From the NCBI RefSeq assembly GCF_001194135.2, contig NC_068984.1:63312645-63359034 (forward strand): a stretch of 46,390 nt of DNA, written 5' to 3'. A program made the translations under genes and the position numbers. The stretch's first letter is position 1, and each line of letters opens with the position of its first letter. Source of the stretch: Octopus bimaculoides (Eukaryota). Below the pieces are notes generated by a model, which had not been told where the DNA came from, made no database searches, and saw only the letters and a program-made list of their open reading frames with translations. Below, one piece after another: positions 24,600 to 37,550 of this stretch.

Positions 24600-25765
24600 A
24601 TCTTAGGAAAAAGTTTGATATTTTATCGGTGAACTGTTCTTAAATCAACGGCATGCATTATTTAATTTAAGGCAAATTCCTGTTTTTTATGTTGTTAGTT
24701 CGAACCCCCAAGGTGTTAACTTTGTTATTCCCTCCTCTATACTTGATATAGTATCATGCAGGCTATAGAGTTCATATAATTGACTTACATGTCCCTTAAT
24801 TTTCAGGGTTGTTCTTTTATTAAAAACTATTTTCTAATGTAAGGTAAGTGAATTGGTAGAACCATTAGGTGTCGGGTAAATGTCTTACTGTACATCTACC
24901 CGCTCGCTACGTCTAATGTTCAAATCCGGTCGATTTTCTTTTTATACCCCAGGGGTCTTCGATGAAATAAAACGCTATAAGTGAGTACCGGAGTCGATGT
25001 AATAAACTTTTCCTCTCCACCCAAATTCTTGGTTTACATCAATGATAGAATGACTTATTCATGAGGATAGGAGGGCGGTGGAATATCAGAATCGTTGGAG
25101 CATAAAAGAAATGCATTGGTATAGTAATTTCGGATCACTAGAGTCTGCGTTCAAATTCTGCCTAATTGCCTTTCATCTCGCCGCGATCAATAGAATAATG
25201 TAACTGAGAAATACAATGTTAGATTTCATTTATTAGCCACCTCTTCCAAATTTCTGATTCTGCATCTATTGTAAGATAAATATTAAATACGACAATAGAA
25301 TAGACTCATTAGAGTGTTGAAAACAAAGTCTACAAGCTTTTGTGTCTGTTCTTTCCGTTTTCAGTTTAAATCCTGGTATGGTCAGATTTACTTTTCCTCT
25401 TTACAGGAAAGGTGCCGAAGATGATACAATCGACTATCTCGCTCCACCACCTTTAAGGCTGTTTGCTTATGTAAGAAACCATTATTGGTTACTATTAAAT
25501 AGAACGGTATTTTTATAAATTCAATTGTATTGCACGTCGTCTAAACAGCATTGTGATATATTTTTAGGATATTTACATTCTGAGTTCAAATTGCGGCGAG
25601 ATAAAAGTCGGCTTCTATCCTTCCCAAGTCAAATACATTCCATCGAGATGAAGTTTTTTTCATACTTTCCTTGTCAATTAAATGAAATATAAGTCTTGTA
25701 GTTCATATAATCATCTGTTTCCTCTCCACAAAGTGCAAGTCTTGTGCTTATGTGGGAAATTACTA
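24600..25765 (+). mobile_element. Head-to-tail run of about five highly diverged family-A SINE copies
   Basis: Recurring landmarks (gttc(a/g)aa B-box, (g)cctttcatc, gtcgat..aat.gact, aaatt..ggt.ttgt tail) near 24700, 24920, 25150, 25365 and 25585, at ~210-240 bp spacing. Confidence 0.7.
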
Positions 25766-26125
25766 AATATTTAAAATCCACACGAACGTTAACTGATTAT
25801 GTGTATGGATTAAATAGACAAATAACTCATTTAGTAACAATTTTAAATAGATTTCAATTGCAAATGCATTTCAAGTTGTTGTATGATAGATATTGTGTAG
25901 TTTTGGCATTGAGCTAAAAAAGATAGCTGAAGATAATTCTGAAGTCTTTAGGCAATGGAACAATAGATGATCAAGACGCAATTAAAATTATGAGTTCTCT
26001 TAATTTAATTGTCATACATACATGTATACGTAAATGATTCCAGAAATCGATGCATGCATTTATTTAAGTATTTAAGTATGCGTGTGTGTGTATGTGTGTG
26101 TGTGTGAATGAGGGTGTGTGTGTGC

Positions 26126-26170
<45 letters not shown>

Positions 26171-26789
26171 TCGCTACTTCACGAACAAAATTAGATTTTG
26201 GAATTTAGCAACTATTGATTCGATATTTAGCATAAAATTTATTTTTCCAAATCCTATAAGGAGATGATTTTGGTTTTCACGCTTTATTCATCTTCGTGAT
26301 AAAGGAAAATAATGACATGAAATAATCCAGAATTTCTTTTGCGAATAACAAATTTCTCCTCAGAATCCACAAGAACGGAACAAGGCACAATAGCATGAGG
26401 GTTACACAAGGAATGGTTTTACCGAGCCTGCATTGAAGTCACATATTTAAATGAAATATGACTAATCATGGTGAATAATATTTGTTTCACGTGGTTATGT
26501 ATATATATATATATATATATTTACAAAAGGAAAGAAGATGGGTAATTAGATTCTTCGGCTTCAGTTAATTAAACTGATTGTAAGTTGCTATTTATTCTAC
26601 AAGTATTCAACTGAAATATACGTCGCTATCAAGAAAGCAATAGAGCATGTTTAGGATATCAATGTATTTCCCTAATGATTACGCAATCAAAAAGTAATTA
26701 GTCGTAATTGTAAATTATCTCATTATTTGAAGCTCAAATTCACAATGCCAATTATGAAACAAATCCATCATAGAAAGAGTGGTTATATT

Positions 26790-26990
26790 GTGTTCATAAT
26801 CCTCTATACCACCTTTGTATCCCCGCCTTCAGCTTCTTTTCCTCCACCATCTCCGTCTCCTCTTCCTCATCATTATCTTTATCATATGAAACAGCAGTAG
26901 CAGGAGCGGTATTAGTACCAGTAGATGTAGAAGTAGTTTTAGGAGTATTAATAGCATCAGTAGCAGTAGGAACAATGGCGGTAGGATAGC
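26790..26990. repeat. Degenerate trinucleotide low-complexity tract (TCC/TCA then AGT/AGC)
   Basis: Directly visible. It explains ORFs 26794..26994 and 26829..27044. Confidence 0.8.
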
Positions 26991-27382
26991 GCAATTAGCC
27001 TTTAATGATACAGACACGGAATGTCCAAACAGTTTTACATCCATTTATTCAACAGCAAAATATCATGCTTTACCCTACATAGTTACGTCAGATTATAGAA
27101 ACTTCTATTTCTATAACCAGTTTTTTTCCGAATACCTCTATGCACCATTCAAAATTTGCATATGCTTAAAAATCATATATATATATGTATATACACACAA
27201 AATGAGAGAGCGCGGAGAGAGAAACTTGTATATCCGTCTCCGTGTTCCTATATAAAGGAAGATAAATATTATGGCCGGACAGAGAGTGACCGGCCATAAC
27301 AATCAACTATCGAAAAAGTATGTTTATATCAGTGGTCTAATGTTTTAGAGTATGCTCCTTTTTCAGATGTATATTACACGGA

Positions 27383-27426
<44 letters not shown>

Positions 27427-27469
27427 TTATATACAAATATTTATATATATCGAGGGTATGAGAGATATT

Positions 27470-28010
27470 GGTGTCAAGAAGACCCAAAAAGTGTCGGGTA
27501 ACGCTAAGTGCTATGGATGGACCATGGTTAAGCTCCAGATTCGATAATGATACGAATGAGGAGTATAACGGTGGTCATGTATTAGTTGATAGTATGAGAT
27601 AAAAAAATTCAAGGTTGTAAATACTTTTCAGATCATTTATAAAGAAAATGTATTACAACTATTTCCGGGGTATTTTATATATCACTTGAGAGACGGTGCG
27701 AGGAAACGTCCGAGTATTAATTATTGTAGACAATATATATGAAATACAGAGGTGAGATACATAAGGATATTGTATTTGCAGTTTTCAAGTAGAATGATGT
27801 GTATATGTTGTGAAGATCCTGTACCTTGTGTGTGAGATCCAATGGTCGTTATATTTGGTCGTTCAAAGCATAGAGCCTTGTAAAACAGTGTTGTTCGGTC
27901 GAGTGAGTTTTTTGGTGCGAATTACAATTTGGGAATGTGTTTATAATATTAATGGATAAATGGATGGAGGAGAGATGTGTATGATTAGAAAGAGGTGATA
28001 GTTCAAATCA
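27470..28010 (-). mobile_element. Possible very old Penelope-like GIY-YIG endonuclease remnant
   Basis: Minus strand TSFYLKTANTISLCISPLYFIYIVYNN*..HRLS..EIVVIHF loosely follows the PLE endonuclease pattern F.C.T.NVIYCISC..C...YIG.T...L..R..EH...VA.HF. Many stops. Confidence 0.35.
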
Positions 28011-28310
28011 AAAACAGGAAGACAATGGGAGGAAGAAGAAAAAAGAAAACGGGAGGGAGACAAAAAAGAAATGAAGATAGAGGGAACGAAATGAAATGAG
28101 AGAGGGTGTGTTAGCTAGTGGTCAGGATAAAATCATAGGACGAAGGGAGAAGTGAGGGAGAGATAGGGGAAGAGATGAGAATGTTAAGAGTAAAAGAGTG
28201 TGAGGTATGTGAGCAGGGGTAATGCGATAGAATTGCATTAAGTGATGGGTATAGAAAAGGTAGAGAGAAGGTCAGGGTAGAGTGTGATATGTAAGTGGGT
28301 ATTTTTACTA
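28010..28310. repeat. Polypurine (GA-rich) low-complexity tract
   Basis: Directly visible strand-asymmetric G/A composition. Confidence 0.8.
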
Positions 28311-28397
28311 CCAAAACTAATACTCACTAGCACATCACTGTGAAAACTATTTACCGCCTTGGATTATTTATCTCATTCTGTCAATCTATATATACAT

Positions 28398-28495
28398 ACT
28401 ACTTATCCTACTGGCCTATTTTGCCGAACTGCTAAGTTACGGGGACGTAAATAAACTAACGTTAGTTGTCAAGCGTTGGTGGGGGACAAACATAC
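28398..28495 (-). mobile_element. SINE family B tail fragment abutting a CA/TA microsatellite
   Basis: ttgccgaactgctaagttacggggacgtaaa..gttgtcaagcgttggtgggggacaaac matches 8890-8965 and 16740-16810. Confidence 0.85.
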
Positions 28496-28524
28496 ACACA
28501 CAAACACACACGCACGCACCCCCC

Positions 28525-28558
<34 letters not shown>

Positions 28559-28566
28559 TATCTATA

Positions 28567-28614
<48 letters not shown>

Positions 28615-29424
28615 ATTTATATAAGGGCATTACTATACAATAATGCCTCACGCTTAGAGGGACTCCATAAGTCAAAACTACTAAAATAAGCACATTTTTA
28701 CCGATCGCGAGGGAATGCAACTTTCAAAGCGAACCTCCTAAAAACTTTTAACTTAACGGTAAACCACTGGTTTCATAATCAACGTAGCAAACTATGCAGT
28801 AAACTACATCTTTTATTCATCAGTACACGTATGGTCAAGTGACATAAAAATAAACAAAAATCAACATCACAGTACATAGACAATTGTTCACCACTATATA
28901 TCCATGAAAGAGGCGGGCTTTTCAAGTTACACTTCGGTATATGTGCTTTTACGGAATAAGGTCTCAAGCAGAAAAACGCGGCCTCCATAACGGACAAGGT
29001 CTAAAGCCATTGAATAGTTTGAAAGTAGCAAAGAAAGTGCATTGACAAAAAAAAAGCAAAACAAATAACTTGCTGTTAAACCAAATTAAACAAATGATTG
29101 ATTAGTTAGTTGTACATTTAACCAATTGACTAATAATAAAGGTGTGGAATTGAATCAATACATGTGTTAATGATATTGGCATAATGGCTCTCCATAGACA
29201 CAACAAAATTAGTTTCAGCATACGAATTCACATAAAGAATGTTGCAAACTAGAAACTAAATAGAAAGTAGATAGTTTTAATAGAAGGAAACAATAAAATA
29301 CTTGGACACATTGTCAGTGTTGTCCTTTATGTAGAAGATATTGTAGGGAGAAATAAACACATACAAGTAAACGGTCAACTGATGAATGAGTAGGGTGTTG
29401 CAGACCAGTTCGCTTCCTCAATTT

Positions 29425-29582
29425 GAATTCCTGAAATTTTGGTGGAGTGACTACAAGATTGCATCGATTCAAGCACACAACTACTACACTTATTTTATCG
29501 AATCCCAAGATATGACAGGCCAAGTCGACCTCGGCGGAATGTGAACCCAGAACGTATAGAGTCGGAAGAAATACCGCTAAGC
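29425..29582 (-). mobile_element. SINE family A, head-truncated copy
   Basis: acttattttatcg..gacaggccaagtcgacctcggcggaatgtgaacccagaacgtatagagtcggaagaaataccgctaagc. Confidence 0.85.
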
Positions 29583-30119
29583 TTTATATACATGCACGTA
29601 TAAATGCAGCCATATCTGTATGTGTGTACTTGTATATAAATATATATGTTCTATTACATTTTAATGACAAAGTAGACAACTTATCTTAAAATGTTTCAGT
29701 AGCATATATACTACAAAATGAACATATTGCAGAATGTTTTGTAAATTCTTTGCGATGCCAATGATTAATTGAAGGATAATTAGAAACCTTTTAAATGCTG
29801 CTGCTTGCAGATAATTTGCAAACTAATTAGGCTTTAGTGGCTCAGACGTAAAGCTTCGTTATCATGTCGCGTATCTATATTGAGTCTAGCGGAAAACTAG
29901 TTGTTCAACAGATAATCATGTAAGTATTGAAAAATAATAATGTACGTTGAAGAGCTGGCTTTCATTTATACCAGAAAATATTCTCTTCACAGATGTGAGA
30001 CAACTTTTACAAATTTGCAGACAAACTTATTGTATCCTGATGATGTTATATTTCTTCCTATACCAATAACCACCATTATTTAAAAAAAAATAAGATATTC
30101 CATAGCTAATATTTTGTTA

Positions 30120-30400
30120 TAAAGATATGTCATATTCTCAGCTAATCCTTGGGAAGAGAGGATTGAGAATGCATGAGAGAAGAAGAAAACCTAAGCACGC
30201 TACAGCAATTCAAAATTTGAAGACAGGAACGAAACTATTCACCGTTTGTACAGCCACCAAGTATTGATAATCAGCCCTATAAAAAGCTTTAGTCTTATTC
30301 TAAATTGATCTGAGCACTCCTCTATTAAGTGGTTTACTCGGACTCTCTATGAGGTATCGAGTGAAGTGGAACTGATCGTGAATAGATCTGTTTAGAATTC
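30120..30400 (+). mobile_element. Possible remnant of an RLE-endonuclease (HERO/R2-group) non-LTR element
   Basis: PWEERIENA*EKKK at 30147-30190 resembles the motif IELTVPWEE.IEEAHERK..KY. The flanks are too decayed to confirm. Confidence 0.4.
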
Positions 30401-30979
30401 CGCATGTTTGTGTCCCGCCACACCAAGGACGACATGTGACAACGTCTAAGCTGTTAACGCAGTGAACATTCTTAACTTTCTATGTTAAAAGCCTAAAGTT
30501 GTTAAAACCATCCCACTTGATTCTCAGCAACACCGCCACACTCGTTCAATGATTTTACTGTTTTTTCGAAAGCCTTTGTCTCTATGTTTCCATATTGTGT
30601 TATATAAGGAAGCAGTTCTTTATCATTTATTTTAGGAATACAAAGTTGTTTGTGCGTGCAAAGTTTGATCTTATTATGTTTGTCTGTCTGTCCACTGGTG
30701 ATGATTTTAACAACTTTAGACCCGTAATTATGCTAAATGCACAACTGAAGTAATGTTTTGCACCCTTTCAATATACTGCATGAAAATATTCGGAGATCTA
30801 GCTCTGATGGGACCCCATTTTAGTAATCTTTATCGCCTTTATTCTCAAATAAAGAGAGAATAGAGTGGAAGATATACTATTGTCCTGCACATATACTCGT
30901 TGTCCTATTATACATCGCAGTGGTTCATTGCTATTTTTACAGTAGTGGCTGCCTGTAGGTAACGCGATGTTAAACTCAC

Positions 30980-31306
30980 GCAGCGATGTTGTATAATTCT
31001 CCTATTAGTTGGAGATAGAGTTTCAAGCAACGGTACAGGCTTTGTCCTTCTCTCCTCATATTTTTCTAAATCAAACTTCGCATTGCAATTCGCTAGCATA
31101 GTCCTATGGAGATCCTGTATAATGTAGAAAGTACACCAAAGAAAGGACGCCTTGCTAGTGTTGCAAGTGTTGGTGTTCTTGATTATCATAAAGCTGTCAT
31201 TGATTTGTTTTCTGCCGGTTTCATTTCCTTCGTCCCTGCTACCGACGATGTTCGTACTGTTGTAGGAGTTGATACTGTTGCTACCACTGCTTTTACAGTT
31301 ACCCAT
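30980..31306 (-). CDS. Candidate first coding exon (109 aa) starting MGNCKSS, product unknown
   Basis: Lies within the longest gap-free, non-microsatellite ORF of the window (163 codons). Acceptor ctgctttatttattgcag|C-ATGG with A at -3, and donor TGC|GTGAGT at 30980/30979. An alternative internal acceptor ctttctacattatacag| at 31114 gives a 135-nt phase 0-0 exon open only in the same frame. Confidence 0.45.
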
Positions 31307-32314
31307 GCTGCAATAAATAAAGCAGTTAACTAGTAAATCAAACAAAGCAGAACTTAAACGATACGGAGGGAGTGTTTCGTGCATATAGCAAAACTGCATT
31401 AAACGAATTACACTATCTTCTTACAAAACAAATATTGCAAAAGTATACTTAAATTCTTATGATGCGAAATAGATTTAGTTGGTAGATGATATATTTAAGT
31501 AATTATAAGTAAGTAGCAATATTTATGATATGAAAAGTGATACAAAACAAAAGGAAAATAATAATAATTTTGGCAACAAATTAAAGTCAAAATAAAACCT
31601 AGAAAACGCATAGGATATAGTAGAATTTACAAAAACATTTAAGGTTGGCTTAAAAGAATTTTAGTGAAGTCAAGTTCACTTAATATTTATAAGAATGATG
31701 AGGTGGCAGTCATAGAGATATGAAAAAATATATCGGTTATTAGTCCTTTCACAGTGTTCCATCCTTTGCATGCACGATTTTGTTCAAATAATTGTTTTCA
31801 TAATCTTTCATCATAATCAATTAGAATGAGAAAAGAAGGAAGAAAAGAAAGAAAGAAATATGGGGATAATCGCAAATGCTTCCATGTATACTCATCCAAC
31901 GTTTACTGGAGTTATGCCGATTCGTGGAGTTTTTGTAACTCTTCTAAAATTATGCTTACCATAAATTACTATCTCTTTTCGCTTATTTAACAAATAATGA
32001 TCTACTATAATGTGTTTGAATGCTTTCCGTGTACATATACGGCAAACTGTCTACATGTTTGACAACATTTGGTAGTGTCATCTGAGTGTTGTCATTTCGA
32101 AGTTGTTTCCCTTCTGCTAATTCGGCAGTCGCTCATTCTACCTATTTATGGCGTAATCGCATCAAGGCTTAATACGCTATTGCTTCTTTACCCATTGGCT
32201 AGTTTAGTAGCAGTCCTGCATCAGACTGTCGATTACTTTATTGATACCTTGTGTTGCTAAAATTGGATTTCCATACACCTCACAAAATTTTGAGCTTCAC
32301 AAATATACAATAAT

Positions 32315-32380
32315 TTATTTGTATCAACTTTTTTATATCAAACATTTTTTATATCAAATATATTTTTTTATATCAAACAT
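32315..32380. repeat. Short minisatellite, ~16-bp unit AACATTTTTTATATCA, 3-4 copies
   Basis: Directly visible. Confidence 0.8.
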
Positions 32381-33962
32381 AACAAATGAGAGTTGGCAAC
32401 CATCAATATACTAGCAGAGAACAACGAGCAGAATATTCTTATATATATGCCAGTGCATATGAATCTGAATCCAGGTTTTTCTATTCAAATAACGTTGCCG
32501 CAGTGATGAAATGAAAAGCTCCGTCGATTTACTTAGGAAATTATTTGATTTCATTGTAACCACTTAAAAAATGACGTGGAAGCGAGTTCTTTGTATAGCA
32601 TACTGTAATCGGCATTTCGTCGAAACACACCTTAGGATTCATTGCAGTCGATATGTCATTAAACTTTGCGTCCTGGAACAACGAACAGCTCTAATCATAG
32701 AGAAAATAAATCGTGCTGACTGTGGTGTGGCCATCATACTAGTCAAGAGCAGTGGGTGCCTTAAAATTTCATTTAAAATCTTTATGTGAATATCAGAGGG
32801 AATTTATCTGGCACTGAAACAGCAGAATAAAGCATGTTATTGAAACTGAACTCTTGGTCAAAACTAAAACAATACAAGCGATCTCCATGTTCTGCCTACT
32901 CATGAAAAATCATTCGAGCTTATATAGTAGCTAGGAAAATGCTCAACAACTGTCCAATCAGTAAATACGCTGTAAATATTTCGCGACTGAGTATTACGTA
33001 TCACAAGCACAATGTCGTCACCAGGACAAAAACTGTTTACTGTTCAGTCGATATAATTGTACCCAATCGATTAGGCTAGCCATAGTTCTTACACAAATGT
33101 GTTTATATGTTCATAAAATAAATAATTATAATTAGCAATTGGACGTTCGTTTTATTAAATTATAGCCTAAATTTTACATTTCAGAGACTGTATTTTTTAT
33201 TATTCATTATGCAACTTGTAAAATGAGATAGATACATACATACGTCAACAACACTGAGATGTTTAAATATATTGCTTGATCAATACAATTCTACGCAAGC
33301 ATTGTTTGTCATGAAGCTATAACTATGTTGAAGTATAATTTAATACAAATGGTAAATATATCGAAAATTATAACATTCAGCAACTCTACACATTTCTAGA
33401 CAGACAAAGAAGGCTAAATATAATTTTATATAATTTTTTCAAAGGAAGGCAAAAAAAATATCAATGAAATGTTGAATAATTATTACATTCCATCATTTAG
33501 AAGATTAAATTAAACTACTTAATTTTAAAAGAAATTGAATTTGAAAAGTATCGATTTTTTTTACTTGAAATGTATCCAAACGTTTAAATCGTTCTTTCAA
33601 AGTTTCACAACTCATTAGCCGGAATATCTGCAACTAGGAATATATAAATTAATCTCCATCGAGAATAAAATGAAAATTTAATGTAATGAGGACTGCTTTC
33701 AATTTCAAGGGAAGAGATAGGAGAAAAGTATTAAAACACAATTGAGAAAAAAATTATTGTGTGAAGCCATGTTCTTTAATAATAATAACATTATTATTAT
33801 ACTGTCTTAATCCATAATTACATTACATGTATCCGTCTGATGAGTTCAAGTTACTGCCTTTACAAATTACGCATAGATAAGTTCGTAAAATGGAATTCAT
33901 CCATTTAAATATATACTTACAGATACATACCTTAAAGAACTCACATACACACATTACCTGTT

Positions 33963-34009
<47 letters not shown>

Positions 34010-34169
34010 CACAAGCTCATACACATATTTTTAATACTTGACATTCGCTTCATACATTTGGGATTTAATAGGTAGTCTACAAAAAATCTAATAAGGGGTC
34101 AGGTGAAAGTAGATTCTGAGTCGTCTGGTCTTAGAGAATGTACTACACACACTTTCTTTTTCACACAAT

Positions 34170-35480
34170 ACTCTAGCCATCCCCAACTCCAAAGATATCT
34201 CCCTTCTCTATCAGTACTCCATTGTGGGTCTCACCTGAGTTTAATACAAAGTTAGTCGAAAGGCCAGGTTTTGTGGTGTAATTCAGGTAGTAGTCTCTGC
34301 ATTCACCAGTAGAACTAACTAGAAATTGTGAAGCATAGCATATTTGGCCTCTTTTTGATATACTTGTTGTGTGCTGATTTAGTTTAGAAGCTTTGATGTG
34401 TGATAATGTTATCTTCATTTATGTTGTGATCATATCTCTGTGACGTTGAACGACAGAAGATTGTCTTGCACCTCGTTAGGGAATATTAAATTTCTTAATG
34501 GACGTAATATTTAGTATTTAGCATGCACTATGTAAGTTTCATGTGGTTGACGCTAAAGTGCTGCGAATTAGAGAAGGGATTTAGCGATGGTATCATCTTC
34601 GTAGGAGGGGAAAGTTTTTGACGTGATTCTTAAGAGATCTCTGATATATGGGTGACAAAACAAATCCCAAGGTGCTCCGGTATTAATAGAGTATTTCTCG
34701 GAGAAGATGTCTATCAGGATACGCTACTACTGTCTCAACATCAAACCGGAAGGCGTCGATACAAAATATGAGCAATGGACTGAAATATTTGATGCGCAGC
34801 TTACCTGGAGGATAAGATGATAACTGATATCAAGGTTCCACACAATAGCAATTTCCAACTAATTTCTGGAAGAAAGTGACCTAAAGGGTAGTGATATAGA
34901 CGTTTAGATGTGTAGTGGACTTGTCTTCGTAAAGCCAAATCTGCTGCATGCCTACGACAACTATACTGGTAGCCTTTAAGGAAGTGGGGTTACAAAAGAT
35001 AATCGAAAGAGTTATTTTAATGACTGTCTCAGTCGCGTTCGAGATATTGAAATTGAATAAGAATGGTAGTTTATAAAAAAGAGAAGGGAAGAAAGAGAGA
35101 GTCAGACATGGTATATGCAACATGGAGTAGAGTAGAAATTATGCAGCAAATGTAGAAGCATACGTTTCGTAAGTACTGCTCGGAAGAAAAGATAATTTCA
35201 AGTAGTGGTCATTATAGCAGCAACCAAAATATTAGGCTGCAGATTGTGAATCGGATAAAGCATGAAGACTGTGTGACGAACGCAAGCACCTTTAACGATT
35301 TAGACGAGGGTCGTACACAAGTTATTGTGCTGGTTATAGCACACCTTGTCTGTAGGGGTTGGTGATATTCTTCCAGTGTTTTATGTGTCCCGTTTTTAGA
35401 ATTATCTTCACATCACAATTTTAATGAAGCACTTAGGGGACTTCGATCAGTGGTAACAGAAACATGGTGGATGGAAGAGA
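34170..35480 (-). mobile_element. Old CR1/L2-group LINE, reverse-transcriptase region, heavily mutated
   Basis: Minus-strand motifs occur in the correct order: INTGAP/LGFVLSP (=IN.GVPQGSVLSP, 34650-34687), IRDLLRITSKTFPSYEDDT (=INDLL.ITSNPIHSYADD, 34589-34645), and LY*TQVRPTMEY* (=LYKAQVRP.MEYC, 34211-34249). The upper boundary is uncertain. Confidence 0.8.
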
Positions 35481-36769
35481 TAGTTAACAAAAACAGTGGA
35501 AAATCACTGAAGTGTGATTTTATATTCAGTACAGGTATTTGCCACTAGGCAATCATCCGTGATATAATAGTTTGTTCTTGCGTCAGAGAATAGTAATATA
35601 TGTGGTACTGAGAATAAATGTTAACCTGTGAAGGAGAGAAAGGCTACAACGAAAAAAGCACAAAGATTCTCTCGAATGTTGTTTCCTAGTGTTCAAGAAG
35701 TAATCAATTGAATATGTGAGAATGGGAAAAATTCATTATAACGAACAAGAAAAGTGGAGGAGAATGGAGAAAACAAAACAAATAGTAATGCATTAGGTGG
35801 TATTCGTCAAGACAGAAAATGTTATTGACAGAGATCAGTTTGAAAATCGTTGTGGGGTGTTCACATGCGCACAAAGAGGAAACAACACATAAAAACACAC
35901 TCGCACACAAACTTACACAAAAAATAGGACACGACTACATATACAGAAACATAGAAACAAGCATATATACACATACGTGCTAACACATACATACATGCAT
36001 ACATAGACATTATTAAAACTCACTATGAATTAAAATAACAATACAAACAGTAGTGTTTCTATGGAAATGATTTGCTGAAAATAATGAAAGAGTCTCATGA
36101 CAGTCCGTTCCACCGTTTGTTGACACCTCCTCTCACAATAGGCGTAAATGGCTTTCCCACACAATAGCATCAATAGGTTTGTTGCTATATAAAGCGGTCA
36201 TGCTTTATAAAACAACAGCTGAGTTGTGCATTTAATAGCTATACCGTAATTCATAACGACGTTAATAGCACAAGTATGCAAGTTAGGATAGCAACATTAC
36301 TGCCAGCCTAATTCATGACTGATTTATATAGCGGTTACCCAATGCTACATATCTTTTTTCCATACACCAACATTATAGAAAGAATGGGTCTATAATTTTT
36401 CATTTCACCTAAACCATGGCTTTGTAATTTTAAAATTTATTTCACTTTTTCTGAGTAAATTTGTATTCTGCATAAAATAGACGCTGGCCAATTAACGAAG
36501 TCGTTGAAAGCACAGAAACAGGAATAAAACCACCTAAAAGGTATTAGCCGTATTCGTTATTGATTTCTGTACAGGAACTTTTATCAATTGGAGTAACAAG
36601 TCATGTGCATTAACTGAGCAGAGGTTATCAAACCTTCCAATGAACCTTATGTTTTAGTACATCAATAGCATTGAGATGTGTTTACATTCTTATCAAAGCC
36701 AGGGTGTGGATCCGTACTGATTAAATTTTATTTAATTCTGTCCTTGTAAATTACACTTTTGTGTACAAT

Positions 36770-36786
36770 GCACGCACGCACGCATG

Positions 36787-36843
<57 letters not shown>

Positions 36844-36924
36844 AATTAAAAAGGAATGTAAGAATACATTACGAAGGATATATCATATGTATGTATGTAT
36901 GTATGTATGCATGTACGTATGTAT
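36770..36924. repeat. (CA)n and (TATG)n microsatellites preceding a gap
   Basis: Directly visible. Confidence 0.9.
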
Positions 36925-37550
36925 NNNNNNNNNNNNNNNNNNNNNNNNNNNNNNNNNNNNNNNNNNNNNNNNNNNNNNNNNNNNNNNNNNNNNNNNNNNN
37001 NNNNNNNNNNNNNNNNNNNNNNNNNNNNNNNNNNNNNNNNNNNNNNNNNNNNNNNNNNNNNNNNNNNNNNNNNNNNNNNNNNNNNNNNNNNNNNNNNNNN
37101 NNNNNNNNNNNNNNNNNNNNNNNNNNNNNNNNNNNNNNNNNNNNNNNNNNNNNNNNNNNNNNNNNNNNNNNNNNNNNNNNNNNNNNNNNNNNNNNNNNNN
37201 NNNNNNNNNNNNNNNNNNNNNNNNNNNNNNNNNNNNNNNNNNNNNNNNNNNNNNNNNNNNNNNNNNNNNNNNNNNNNNNNNNNNNNNNNNNNNNNNNNNN
37301 NNNNNNNNNNNNNNNNNNNNNNNNNNNNNNNNNNNNNNNNNNNNNNNNNNNNNNNNNNNNNNNNNNNNNNNNNNNNNNNNNNNNNNNNNNNNNNNNNNNN
37401 NNNNNNNNNNNNNNNNNNNNNNNNNNNNNNNNNNNNNNNNNNNNNNNNNNNNNNNNNNNNNNNNNTATGCATATTCATGTATATAGATATATAGAAAGAC
37501 ATATATATATACATATATATTCATAAATATGTGTCAGTGTGTATAATAGA

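Noticed and set aside
31106-31333. + strand 75-aa ORF MEILYNVESTPKKG..
   Set aside because: Antisense shadow of the longer minus-strand ORF. It lacks splice or start-context support.
33836-33900. CTGATGAG resembling a hammerhead core
   Set aside because: No helix II followed by GAAA, and no helix I or III partners. The same applies to the CTGATGA matches near 8210 (minus strand), 29369 and 30037.
34173-34418. Apparent 84-nt exon (34235-34318) with a CAG|GTGAGA donor, and an EKGDIFG motif resembling cNMP-binding or SPRY domains
   Set aside because: Another frame of the same DNA reads LY*TQVRPTMEY*, collinear with upstream RT motifs, so this is CR1/L2 LINE sequence.
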